A stretch of DNA of 64,000 nucleotides from Bacilli bacterium (GCA_017528315.1 JAFXOW010000059.1:91382-155381), one strand, 5' to 3'. Counted from the stretch's first letter, positions 48,571 through 58,314 are shown. Notes: generated from the letters alone by a model not told the origin. A program made the numbers and translations.

Positions 48571-49045
48571 CGTGGTGCATTATTCTAGTCAAATAAATGT
48601 ATTCGAAGATGGGGCTAAAAATCCATTAATTGTGCTACAAGATACTTTATATATTATGCTTTTCTTGCCCAAAGAAGGGTGTTTATATAATTTTAGATTT
48701 AAGGAAAATTTATAATGGCATATAAACGTATCCTTAAATCATATCGTAATAAATTAAGCATATGTCGTGAGTGATTATTTGGGATAATTAATTGATGATA
48801 TTAATTTTGAAAAAATAATTGCAAAAGCGAATAAAAATACAATTTATTTGTTTGGGAAAACCTCTAGAATGTTTGTATTATAAAGATTGGAGTGCGGACT
48901 AAGTGGCGATCGAGTAATCAATACCGGTAACGTTTGATTGATTTCTTTAAAGGGAAACTGCCTAAAGGTAACTAAAGGTAGAAATCAGAGAAACTCAACT
49001 CGACCTCAAGCCGTAAAATTAATTTATAGTATACCACAAAATAAT
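48571..49045 (+). ncRNA. Candidate large structured RNA or long 5' leader of unknown class
   Basis: No ORF of 60 codons or more on either strand across 514 bp. A promoter lies just upstream. The 3' third is about 42% G+C by hand count. A three-way junction can be drawn from stems 48910-15/48998-49003, 48916-21/48934-39 and 48940-46/48980-86. I could not match any riboswitch or ncRNA consensus that I know. Confidence 0.45.
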
Positions 49046-49059
49046 TTAAGGATGTGTAT

Positions 49060-49572
49060 ATGAAAAGTGACAATTGGATTATAAAAGTCTTTTTATTCAC
49101 TTTTTTTATTACTCTAATTGTATCGGGAAGTGCTAATTATATTGCAAGTAACTCTAATATGATAGTTTTAATAATTATAACTATTTTAATTATTATACTT
49201 GGAATAATATTTGATATGATTGGAACTAGTATCTTAACAGCAAATGAAGCTAATTTCCATTCTATGGCATCAAAAAAAGTTAAAGGTAGTAAAAAAAGTA
49301 TAAGATTAATTAAAAATAAAAGTAATATAGCTAATTTTTGTAATGATGTAATTGGAGATATCTGTGGTATTATATCAGGATCTATGGGAGCAATTATTTC
49401 ACTTAATATTTCTAATTTATTGAAAATAGATTTAACAATAAGTGCATTAGTAATTGCTAGTATTATTTCAAGTATTACCGTAGTAGGTAAAGCAATAGGT
49501 AAGAAATATGCAACTAATAATAGTGATAATATAATATTACTAGTAGGTAAGACTTTAAGTATATTTGAATAA
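49060..49572 (+). CDS. Small 4-TM membrane protein resembling a stand-alone DUF21 (CNNM/CorB-type) transmembrane module
   Basis: Four predicted TM helices. The pattern FDMIGTSILTANEANF...KGSKKSIRLIKNKSNIANFCNDVIGDICG mirrors DUF21 (..S..E.A......l....G...A..l..L...p...L.t.qiG.t..G). No CBS or CorC domains follow. SD AAGGA is at 49048-49052. Confidence 0.5.
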   Translation: MKSDNWIIKVFLFTFFITLIVSGSANYIASNSNMIVLIIITILIIILGIIFDMIGTSILTANEANFHSMASKKVKGSKKSIRLIKNKSNIANFCNDVIGDICGIISGSMGAIISLNISNLLKIDLTISALVIASIISSITVVGKAIGKKYATNNSDNIILLVGKTLSIFE

Positions 49573-49639
49573 AAATAGACTTAAAGTTTTTTATATTTCT
49601 TTTGTATATAAAATGTGCTATAATACTTTCGTGATTTAT

Positions 49640-51781
49640 ATGAAGAAATGTTTTAAAAGTGAAATTTTAGCACCATGTGGTGATATGGATGCTTTTTATG
49701 CTGCAATTGAAGCAGGGAGTGATGCTGTATATCTTGCTGGTAAAATGTTTGGTGCTCGAGCTTTTTCCAAGAATTTTACTAATGATGAACTTATATATAT
49801 TATTAACTATGCTCATAAATACGGAGTAAAGGTGTATGTAACTTGTAATATTTTAATATATGAGTCGGAAGTAGAGAAGTTTTTAGAATTTGTTGAATTT
49901 TTACATAAAAATCAGGTTGACGCAATAATCATGCAAGATATTGGAATGATTGATCTAGTTCATAAAATATATCCTAATTTAGAAATTCATGGTTCAACTC
50001 AGATGCATATTCATAATTTAGATGGAGCACTGATGGCCGAAAAATTAGGTTTAAAAAGAATAGTATTAGCTAGGGAAACACCACTTGAAGTAATTCGTGA
50101 TATAAAAAAGAAAACTAATTTAGAAATTGAAGTCTTTGTTCAAGGAGCTTTATGTGCATCATTCTCTGGAATGTGTTTATTTGCAAGTAGTATAGGACCA
50201 AGAAGTGGAAACAGGGGTACTTGCTCTGGATGCTGTAGATTACCATATGATGTTTTAGATAAAGATGGAAATATTATAAATGATGGAAAATATCCATTAA
50301 GCATGAAAGATTTAATGACTATAAATGATTTAGATAAATTAATTGATGCTAATATAGATAGTTTTAAAATTGAAGGTCGTATGAAAAGCAAAGAGTATGT
50401 TTATACAACTGTTTCAATGTATAAGTATACTCGAGATAACTATTTAAAGACAGGGAAAGTAATTGTAAATAAAGAAGATCTTTATAAATTAAACAATATA
50501 TTTACTAGAACTTATACCAGAGGATTTATTTTAAATGACGTGAATGTTACTAATGATAAATCGCCAAATCATATTGGAGTTTTGATTGGTAGGGTAATTA
50601 AATCTAATAAAAATTATATTGAAATAAAATTAGATGAAAAAGTTTTGATTCATGATGGTTTAAGAATTATAAATAATAATTTTGAATATGGTTTCAATTT
50701 AAATGAATTTAAAATAAATAATAAACAAGTTTATTTAGCTAATAAAGAAGATATTATCTCTTTAAAAGTTAAAAAACAAATACCTATAAATAGTTTAGTT
50801 TATAGAACTTTTTCTAAAGAAATAGAAGATGAAATAAGTGATAAAATAAATAAACATGTAAGAAGGGTTCCTATTTCTTTTTCTATTAAAATTAGAAAAG
50901 ATATTCCTGTTTCATTAGTTATAAATGATGGTAATTATGAAATAGAATTATTAGGTAGTATTCCAAATGTTTCAATTAATAAATCTATAACTATAGATGA
51001 TATTAAAAAGAAATTAGCTAAAATAAATAATACAATTTATTCTGTTACTGATATTAATATAGAACTTGATAATGATTTATTTGTTCCTATAAGTGAAGTA
51101 AATCATTTAAAACAAAATATTTTAGAAGAATTAGATAAAAAAAGAATTAATTTATATAATAAAGAACTTATTAAAGAAAAATATACTTGTTTATTGGATG
51201 ATTATCCTAAAGTAAATGAGTATAGTATTCTTACCAATAATAAAAATAATATAACTGATAAATATTCAATTATTTATTCTGAAATGTTAGATAATACCAT
51301 TAGAAAGATACCTAAAGTGATAGAAAATTATAGTTTATATAATAAAAATAAAGAATATTTAGTAGGAGAACTTGGAAGTTTAAATAAACTTAATAATGTC
51401 ATATGTGATTATTCTTTTAATGTAACTAATTCTTATACAGTAGCCTTTCTTCATTCTTTAGGAGTGAAAAGAGTAACTTTATCAGTTGAATTAATTGATA
51501 AAGAGATAGAAAATTTAATCAATAATTATCATGATAGATATCATAAACATCCTAATTTAGAAGTAATTAAAAAAACTACTAAAGAACTAATGGTTTTAAA
51601 ACTTAATTTAAATAAATATGGAGATGTATATCATTTAAGAGATAGATTTAAAAATAATTATAAAATTATAAAAAAAGATAAATATTTCTATATTTATGAT
51701 TATAAAGAAACTATTCGTGAAAGAGAAGATAATTACTATTTTAATATGGGAATTAATTATTTAAGAGATGAAATATTGTAA
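49640..51781 (+). CDS. Peptidase U32-family protein (long form with C-terminal extension)
   Basis: The U32 signature region EVFVQGALCASFSGMCLFAS is preceded by SEILAPCGDMDAFYAAIEAGSDAVYL. The start at MKKCFK follows a TGCTATAAT extended -10 element. Confidence 0.85.
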   Translation: MKKCFKSEILAPCGDMDAFYAAIEAGSDAVYLAGKMFGARAFSKNFTNDELIYIINYAHKYGVKVYVTCNILIYESEVEKFLEFVEFLHKNQVDAIIMQDIGMIDLVHKIYPNLEIHGSTQMHIHNLDGALMAEKLGLKRIVLARETPLEVIRDIKKKTNLEIEVFVQGALCASFSGMCLFASSIGPRSGNRGTCSGCCRLPYDVLDKDGNIINDGKYPLSMKDLMTINDLDKLIDANIDSFKIEGRMKSKEYVYTTVSMYKYTRDNYLKTGKVIVNKEDLYKLNNIFTRTYTRGFILNDVNVTNDKSPNHIGVLIGRVIKSNKNYIEIKLDEKVLIHDGLRIINNNFEYGFNLNEFKINNKQVYLANKEDIISLKVKKQIPINSLVYRTFSKEIEDEISDKINKHVRRVPISFSIKIRKDIPVSLVINDGNYEIELLGSIPNVSINKSITIDDIKKKLAKINNTIYSVTDINIELDNDLFVPISEVNHLKQNILEELDKKRINLYNKELIKEKYTCLLDDYPKVNEYSILTNNKNNITDKYSIIYSEMLDNTIRKIPKVIENYSLYNKNKEYLVGELGSLNKLNNVICDYSFNVTNSYTVAFLHSLGVKRVTLSVELIDKEIENLINNYHDRYHKHPNLEVIKKTTKELMVLKLNLNKYGDVYHLRDRFKNNYKIIKKDKYFYIYDYKETIREREDNYYFNMGINYLRDEIL

Positions 51782-51849
51782 AAGTTTTACTTAAAGACAA
51801 AAATAAGATATAATATCATCTAAATTTTAATGAAAGGAAGAAAAGGTAA

Positions 51850-52191
51850 ATGCTAGATATTAATAGAATGATAGAATTAGAAGAAATGGCTAAGAAAAAT
51901 AATATTATATATCCATTAACGCTTGATGAATGGAGATATATTGAAAGAGCTCAAAAAATACCTTATGAATTAGCAAAGGATGGTATATATAGTTTAGGAG
52001 AATGTTGCTTACCATTTGAACAAATAAAATGTATATATTCTTTGTTAACAAAATGTAAATTTACGGAGGAAGAATTAAAACAAAGATTAAATGATGTTTA
52101 TTCTATAATGGAATATTATCATGAAAAATATATTAATTTTGTTAAAGAACAAAAAAGAATGGTAAAAAGAATAAATAATTTTTCTAATTAA
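51850..52191 (+). CDS. Hypothetical protein (113 aa)
   Basis: ORF with SD GGAAG/AAAGG upstream. No motif recognised. Confidence 0.45.
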   Translation: MLDINRMIELEEMAKKNNIIYPLTLDEWRYIERAQKIPYELAKDGIYSLGECCLPFEQIKCIYSLLTKCKFTEEELKQRLNDVYSIMEYYHEKYINFVKEQKRMVKRINNFSN

Positions 52192-52197
52192 AAGTAC

Positions 52198-52227
52198 TTG
52201 TCAAATAAGTACTTTTTATGTTATAAT
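52198..52227 (+). promoter_or_regulatory. SigmaA-type promoter of typA with extended -10
   Basis: TTGTCA (52198-52203), 18-nt spacer ending in TGT, TATAAT (52222-52227). Confidence 0.55.
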
Positions 52228-52257
52228 TTCATAGTTTTAAAAAAGGGAAGTGGATTT

Positions 52258-54066
52258 ATGAAAAATATTCGAAATATAGCAATTATTGCGCATGTTGATC
52301 ATGGTAAAACAACATTAGTTGATAAATTATTGCTTGAAAGTGGAACATTTAGAGATAATGAAGAAATAGTATCAATGGATTCTAATGATTTGGAAAAAGA
52401 AAGAGGAATAACAATACTTGCTAAAACAACATCACTTGATTATAAAGGAGTTCGTATTAATATTTTAGATACACCTGGACATGCTGATTTTTCTGGGGAA
52501 GTAGAACGTATTATGAATATGGTTGACGGAGTTTTATTAGTAGTAGATGCTTATGAAGGAACTATGCCTCAAACGAGATTTGTTTTAAAGAAAGCATTAG
52601 ATGCCCATGTTACTCCGATTGTTATAGTTAATAAAATAGATAAAGAATCAGCAAGACCAACAGAAGTTGTTGATGAAGTAATGGATTTATTTATTGAACT
52701 TGGAGCTGACGTTGATCAATTAGATTTTCCAGTTGTTTATACCAGTGCTATGATGGGTACTTCTAGTTTAAATCCTGATATAAGTACGCAAAAGGAAACT
52801 ATGGAACCAGTTTTAGATACTATTCTTGAAACAATAAAAGAGCCAGAGGGTGATGATGACGCTGCGTTTCAGTTTCAACCAGCACTCTTAGATTATAATG
52901 ACTTTGTTGGTCGTATTGGAATTGGTGTTATAAAAAGAGGTACTATTAAAGTTGGAACAAATGTTACTTGTTTAAGACTAGATGGAACTAAAAAGCAATT
53001 TAGAATAGGCAAAATGTTTGGTTTTCATGGGTTAAAAAGAATTGAAATAGAAGAAGCTAAAGCTGGAGATATAATTGCAATTGCAGGATTATCTGATATA
53101 AATGTTGGAGAAACAGTCTGTGATCCAGCTTGTTGTGAAGCACTTCCACCACTTCGAATTGATGAACCAACTCTTGAAATGACTTTTGGTGTTAATACAT
53201 CACCGTTTGCTGGACGTGAAGGTAAGTTACTTACAGTTCGTAAAATTGAAGAAAGACTCATGAAAGAAACTGAAAGAGATGTTAGTTTAAAAGTATCACC
53301 ATATGATCAAGAATCATTTTTAGTTAAAGGAAGAGGGGAGTTACATTTATCTATTTTAATTGAAAATATGAGAAGGGAAGGTTTTGAACTTCAAGTATCT
53401 AAACCTCAAGTAATTATTAAAGAAGAGAACGGTATTAAAATGGAACCATTTGAAGAATTACAAATTGATGTTAATAATGATTATGTTGGTAGTGTTATAG
53501 AATCTTTAGGTAATCGCTTTGCTAATCTTTTAAATATGCAAAATATGGGAGAATCAACAAGACTTAATTATATAATTCCATCTCGGGGATTAATAGGTTT
53601 TAGTGGCGAATTTATGACTATTACAAAAGGTTATGGTATAATGAATCACACATTTAAAGAATATTCTTCTATAATTAGTAGTAATGTTGGAGAAAGAAAA
53701 CTAGGCGTACTTGTTTCCATGGAAAATGGAAAAGCAACTGCTTATGCTTTAGGACAGCTTGAAGGACGTGGAGTTATGTTTATTGAACCGGGAGATGAAG
53801 TATATGAAGGAATGATTGTTGGAGAACATAATCACGATAATGATATTGCTATTAATGTTGTTAAAGGTAAAAATTTAACTAACACGAGAGCCAGCGGATC
53901 AGATCATACTGTTGTTTTAAAACGTCCAAGAGTGATGTCTTTAGAAATGGCTCTTGATTATATTAATAATGATGAATTAGTTGAAGTAACACCAGCAAGA
54001 TTTAGATTAAGAAAAAAAATATTAAATGCGGAAGCTAGAAAAAAAGCTCATAATAATAATCAATAA
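52258..54066 (+). CDS. typA: Translational GTPase TypA/BipA
   Basis: [33 protein letters not shown] and NKIDK, with EF-G-like domains. Length about 600 aa. The start at MKNIRN follows GGGAAGTGG. Confidence 0.95.
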   Translation: MKNIRNIAIIAHVDHGKTTLVDKLLLESGTFRDNEEIVSMDSNDLEKERGITILAKTTSLDYKGVRINILDTPGHADFSGEVERIMNMVDGVLLVVDAYEGTMPQTRFVLKKALDAHVTPIVIVNKIDKESARPTEVVDEVMDLFIELGADVDQLDFPVVYTSAMMGTSSLNPDISTQKETMEPVLDTILETIKEPEGDDDAAFQFQPALLDYNDFVGRIGIGVIKRGTIKVGTNVTCLRLDGTKKQFRIGKMFGFHGLKRIEIEEAKAGDIIAIAGLSDINVGETVCDPACCEALPPLRIDEPTLEMTFGVNTSPFAGREGKLLTVRKIEERLMKETERDVSLKVSPYDQESFLVKGRGELHLSILIENMRREGFELQVSKPQVIIKEENGIKMEPFEELQIDVNNDYVGSVIESLGNRFANLLNMQNMGESTRLNYIIPSRGLIGFSGEFMTITKGYGIMNHTFKEYSSIISSNVGERKLGVLVSMENGKATAYALGQLEGRGVMFIEPGDEVYEGMIVGEHNHDNDIAINVVKGKNLTNTRASGSDHTVVLKRPRVMSLEMALDYINNDELVEVTPARFRLRKKILNAEARKKAHNNNQ

Positions 54067-54149
54067 AGGTTTACATTAAACAATGTAAACCTTTATTTTT
54101 TCTATATAATGAATATTATCATGTGATATAATAAATATACGGAGGTCTT

Positions 54150-56114
54150 ATGAAATCTGTAAAGAATAATTTTAATAAATTGATAGATAAAATTAAAAAT
54201 ATAGATATTAAAACATTTATAAAAAAAATTATTCCTTTCATAATAAAAAATAAATTCTATGTATTTATGTTTTTATCTTTATATATATTTGATATATCAA
54301 CAAGAATTATGACTAATAATATTGGATTTGTTCATTTTTTAAATCCTTATCCTAATCTTTTTAGTTGTCTTTGGATTTTAACTTTAATATTTTTAATTAA
54401 AAACATGAAAAATATTTATGGTAAACTTATCTATGCTTTATTTTATGGATTTACTTTTATTATGTTTTTAACTCATAATTTATATTATACGTATTTTAAA
54501 GTATTTTTTGATTTTTCAGTTTTAAATGCTGCAAGTGAGGGTAGTAGTTATTTACTTGACACTTTAAAAGATATTAAAATATGGATGTATGTAATTATAA
54601 TTATTAGTTTAACTTTAGCAGTATTAACCTATAAAAATTTTAATAAAAATAGAAAAAATAACAAGAAAAATATTTTAAAGATTATAATGATTTTTATTGT
54701 TATTCATGCATTATTTCCTTTATCTTTAGGAGGAGCAACTAAATCTTTAGAATGGAATGCTTGGAAAAATAAAAGAAATGTTTATAATACTTTTAATGAT
54801 AATAATAAAAGCATGGAATTAGTTGGAATGTTTGAATATAATGTTAGAAATTTATATATTACTTATTTTAGAGATACTAAAGAAAGTAGTGATGAAAGTA
54901 TTAGTTTCCTAGATGAAATATTTAAAGAAAATCCTATTCATCAGAATGCTTATACAGGAATATTTGAAGGACGTAATTTAATATTTTTACAACTTGAAAG
55001 TATTGATACCTTTCTAACAAATGAAGAAGTAATGCCAAATTTAGTTTCCTTAAGAAATCATTCGATTAATTTTACTGATCATTATTCGTTTGTAAATGGG
55101 GGAGGATCAACTTTTAATTCCGAATTTATGATTAATACTGGTTATGCTACACCATATACTTTTAATCAAAATGCCTATACATTCAGTAAAAATAACTTTG
55201 ATTATTCTCTACCTCGACTTTTTAAAAGTGTCGGTTATACTGTAAATGCTTTTCATATGAATTCTAGTGAGTACTATTCCAGAGGAGTTAATTATAAAAA
55301 TTTTGGATATGATTCTTACAATGGTTTAAAAGATTTAGGTACTTATACTGATAAGTGTTATGAACTTGACACAGAACTTATAAATAATGAAAAATTTAAT
55401 AGCATGATATTTAACGTTGAAAATCCATTAAATGAACATTTTGTTTCATATATTATATCTTATACAGCTCATACACCATTTCAAAAAGATAAAGGAACCT
55501 GTAGCATGCTACTTGACTTAGAAGAGAAAAATGATCCAAATTTCAATCCAACTGAACTTGATTGTATGAAAATTCAAGCTAAAGAGACTGATGACATGAT
55601 AGGTTTATTAATGGAAAATTTAAAAGAAAAGGGTTTATATGATAATACAGTATTAGTTGTTTATGCCGATCATTATGCTTATACGATAACTGATGAGACA
55701 ATTCTTAATGCTTATAAAGATACCAGTACTAATTTAATTAATCATACTGATTGTTTTATTTGGGCAAGTGATATAACTTATCAAGAAATCACTAAAACGA
55801 CTAGTCAATTAAATATTATGCCAACCATTTTAAATCTCTTTAACTTATATGTAAATCCTAATTATTATATTGGTGAAGATGCACTTGATCCAGATTACTT
55901 TGGTTTAGTCTTCTTTAGTGATAATTCCTGGTGGGATGGGAAAAGATATGTCCAGAATGGTGAAGTTATTAAAGGACTTCCTGCAACAATTGAGTATATT
56001 GAGTCTACTAGTACTAAAATTAATAATTTAATAGCTAAGAATGATGAAGTATTAAAAACAAATTATTTTAAAAAATTAAAAGATAAAGATAAAGAAATAG
56101 TAGAAAATAAATAA
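54150..56114 (+). CDS. LTA synthase-family protein (polytopic N-terminus plus extracellular sulfatase-fold domain)
   Basis: Five N-terminal TM helices, then an alkaline-phosphatase/sulfatase-fold domain (IFLQLESIDTF, GGGSTFNSEF, VVYADHYAY). Confidence 0.75.
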   Translation: MKSVKNNFNKLIDKIKNIDIKTFIKKIIPFIIKNKFYVFMFLSLYIFDISTRIMTNNIGFVHFLNPYPNLFSCLWILTLIFLIKNMKNIYGKLIYALFYGFTFIMFLTHNLYYTYFKVFFDFSVLNAASEGSSYLLDTLKDIKIWMYVIIIISLTLAVLTYKNFNKNRKNNKKNILKIIMIFIVIHALFPLSLGGATKSLEWNAWKNKRNVYNTFNDNNKSMELVGMFEYNVRNLYITYFRDTKESSDESISFLDEIFKENPIHQNAYTGIFEGRNLIFLQLESIDTFLTNEEVMPNLVSLRNHSINFTDHYSFVNGGGSTFNSEFMINTGYATPYTFNQNAYTFSKNNFDYSLPRLFKSVGYTVNAFHMNSSEYYSRGVNYKNFGYDSYNGLKDLGTYTDKCYELDTELINNEKFNSMIFNVENPLNEHFVSYIISYTAHTPFQKDKGTCSMLLDLEEKNDPNFNPTELDCMKIQAKETDDMIGLLMENLKEKGLYDNTVLVVYADHYAYTITDETILNAYKDTSTNLINHTDCFIWASDITYQEITKTTSQLNIMPTILNLFNLYVNPNYYIGEDALDPDYFGLVFFSDNSWWDGKRYVQNGEVIKGLPATIEYIESTSTKINNLIAKNDEVLKTNYFKKLKDKDKEIVENK

Positions 56115-56152
56115 TAAATATGATATTATTAAATTAAGAATAGAGGGATATA

Positions 56153-57547
56153 ATGATAACTGATGATAATATTATAACTTATGCTTATAAAGGTTTAGCT
56201 GCTCTTTTTTATACAATATTTCGAAAAAAAGATAAGATTAAAGGTCTATTTTATGAAGAAAATGTTTTTGATGACCATGTAAAGTCAAATAATAATAGAT
56301 TAGAAGAAGCTAGTAATAAAGCATTAGATTTAGATAAAATGGATTTTAAATATAAATATAAATTACCAAATGGGAAAATTAAAAGTAATACATTTGCAGC
56401 CTATAATATTGAACAAGCTAAAACATATTTGGCCAGTGAAGGCTATGATGTTGTTTCTATAGAACCAGTTAAGAAAGATTTTTTATCTTTTGATATAGTT
56501 TTAACATCACCTATAAAAACTAGTGAGATGGCTTTTGCTTTAACTCAAGTATCTACTTATTTAAAAGCTGGTATTTCTCTAATTGATGCTTATAGAATAC
56601 TTGCTAAACAAGCTGTTAAGCCATCAATAAAAAAGATTTATAATGAGGTTGTTTATGACTTATTATCAGGAGAATCTTTATCTGAGTCCTTAGAAAAACA
56701 ACCTAAAATATTCCCTAAGCTTTTAACTAATATGATTAAATCATCCGAACTTACTGGAGATTTACCTGTTATATTAGATGATATGGCAAATTATTATACT
56801 GAAATAGATAAAACCAAAAAAGAATTAAGAAGTGCTATGACATATCCAACCATTGTTTTTATAATGGCTATAGCCGTTATTGTTTTTGTTTTAGAATATG
56901 TAGTGCCAAATTATGTAAATATGTTCTCATCTTGGAGTAGTGATTTACCTTTTATAACTGTTATGACTATTAATTTTAGTAACTATATAAAAGAAAATTT
57001 ACTAGAGATATCCGTAATTATTATTATCATTTTACTTCTATATATTTATACTTTTAGACATGTTAAATCTTTTAAAAAAATAATGCAATATATTTATTTA
57101 AAAATACCAGTTGTTAAAAATATTATTATGTATAGTGAAGTATCAATGTTTGCTAAAACATTTGCAAGTCTTTTAAATCACGGCGTTTTTATAACAGATA
57201 GTATGGACGTTTTAATGAAAGTATCAGATAATGAAATATATAAATCTATTATTGCTAAAACCGTTAGTAATTTAAATCGTGGTGGAAAAATATCAGAAGC
57301 ATTTAAGAATAATCCTTATATTCCAATTGTTGCTTATGAAATGATTGTAACTGGTGAATCTACAGGTAAACTTGGTACCATGATGGAAAAAGTTGCCGAT
57401 TATTATCAAAATTTATATCAAAATGCTACTAAAACCATTAAAAGTTTAGTAGAACCAATATTAATTGTCTTTTTAACATTTACGGTTGGTATAATTATTA
57501 TATCAATAATCGTTCCAATGTTTGAAATGTATAAGGTAATAAAATGA
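56153..57547 (+). CDS. Type II secretion/type IV pilus platform protein (GspF/PilC/ComGB family)
   Basis: Two T2SSF repeats (FALTQVSTYLKAGISLIDA... and FAKTFASLLNHGVFITDS...) and VTGESTGKL, with three TM segments. The N-terminal extension is about 100 aa. Confidence 0.8.
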   Translation: MITDDNIITYAYKGLAALFYTIFRKKDKIKGLFYEENVFDDHVKSNNNRLEEASNKALDLDKMDFKYKYKLPNGKIKSNTFAAYNIEQAKTYLASEGYDVVSIEPVKKDFLSFDIVLTSPIKTSEMAFALTQVSTYLKAGISLIDAYRILAKQAVKPSIKKIYNEVVYDLLSGESLSESLEKQPKIFPKLLTNMIKSSELTGDLPVILDDMANYYTEIDKTKKELRSAMTYPTIVFIMAIAVIVFVLEYVVPNYVNMFSSWSSDLPFITVMTINFSNYIKENLLEISVIIIIILLLYIYTFRHVKSFKKIMQYIYLKIPVVKNIIMYSEVSMFAKTFASLLNHGVFITDSMDVLMKVSDNEIYKSIIAKTVSNLNRGGKISEAFKNNPYIPIVAYEMIVTGESTGKLGTMMEKVADYYQNLYQNATKTIKSLVEPILIVFLTFTVGIIIISIIVPMFEMYKVIK

Positions 57548-58314
57548 TAACAATTTATTATATAACGTTCTTTATTATGGGAACCATATTAGGATCATTT
57601 TTTAATGTATTAGGAATGAGAATACCTAGAAAAGAAGATGTTTTATTCTCAAGAAGCCATTGTGAGAATTGTAATCATATTTTGAAATGGTATGAATTAA
57701 TTCCTATAATATCATTTATTATCCAAAAAGGAAAATGTCGTGAATGTCAGACTAAATTATCTTACTTTTATCCATTTTCAGAATTTTTTTTAGGTATACT
57801 TTTCTTAGTATCCTATTATTCATTTGGATTTTCCTATGAACTTATTATTGCTTTAACATTATCTTCAACTTTTATATTAGTAATGGTATCAGATTTAAAT
57901 TATTTACTTATACCTGATAGATTTATAATAATTCCTAGTATTATTATCTTTTTAGTAACTATTTTAAATAAAGGAATAATGGAAAGTTTAATTCAAATTG
58001 GCTACGGCATTATAAGTTTTTCATTTATGTATTTAGTAATGTTGCTTGGAAATTTTATATTTAAAAAAGAAAGTTTAGGTGGAGCTGATATTAAATTAAT
58101 GTTTTTAGTTGGCTTATCTTTAAGTCCCTTACTTTCAGTTGTTGTAATCTTTTTAGCAAGTATTATAGCTTTACCTGTTTCAATTTTTTTGCTTATGAAA
58201 AATAAAGAACATGTTATACCATATGGACCATTCTTAATGGTAGGATTATTAATAGTATATTTTACTAAAATGAATATTGAAGAAATTTTTATAAAAATTC
58301 TTGGATTGCTGTAA
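57544..58314 (+). CDS. Prepilin peptidase (A24 family, PilD/ComC-like)
   Basis: N-terminal Cys pairs (CENCNH...CRECQ), polytopic, and the GGADIKLM aspartyl-protease motif. Translationally coupled to the platform gene. Confidence 0.85.
   Translation: MITIYYITFFIMGTILGSFFNVLGMRIPRKEDVLFSRSHCENCNHILKWYELIPIISFIIQKGKCRECQTKLSYFYPFSEFFLGILFLVSYYSFGFSYELIIALTLSSTFILVMVSDLNYLLIPDRFIIIPSIIIFLVTILNKGIMESLIQIGYGIISFSFMYLVMLLGNFIFKKESLGGADIKLMFLVGLSLSPLLSVVVIFLASIIALPVSIFLLMKNKEHVIPYGPFLMVGLLIVYFTKMNIEEIFIKILGLL

Noticed and set aside
48662-48680. CUUGCCCAAAGAAGGGUG, which resembles the UGCCCAAAA element of the Mg2+ M-box riboswitch
   Set aside because: The other M-box blocks are not present in the right order. 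The resemblance is limited to about 8 nt, so I do not call an M-box.
48572-48715. GTG-initiated 47-codon ORF (VVHYSSQINVFEDGAKNPLIVLQDTLYIMLFLPKEGCLYNFRFKENL) at the start of the long leader
   Set aside because: It has no SD and would begin at the predicted transcription start with GTG. No family resemblance is evident. It is more likely chance or an old gene relic, and is kept only as a note.
49565-49639. N-terminal extensions of tracked ORFs (U32 peptidase here; also 52198-52257 for typA, 21387-21431 for uppP, 12828-12860 for ABC-F and 2632-2718 for cotJB)
   Set aside because: The extensions contain promoter-like elements or lack an SD. The internal starts coincide with conserved family N-termini and good SD spacing.
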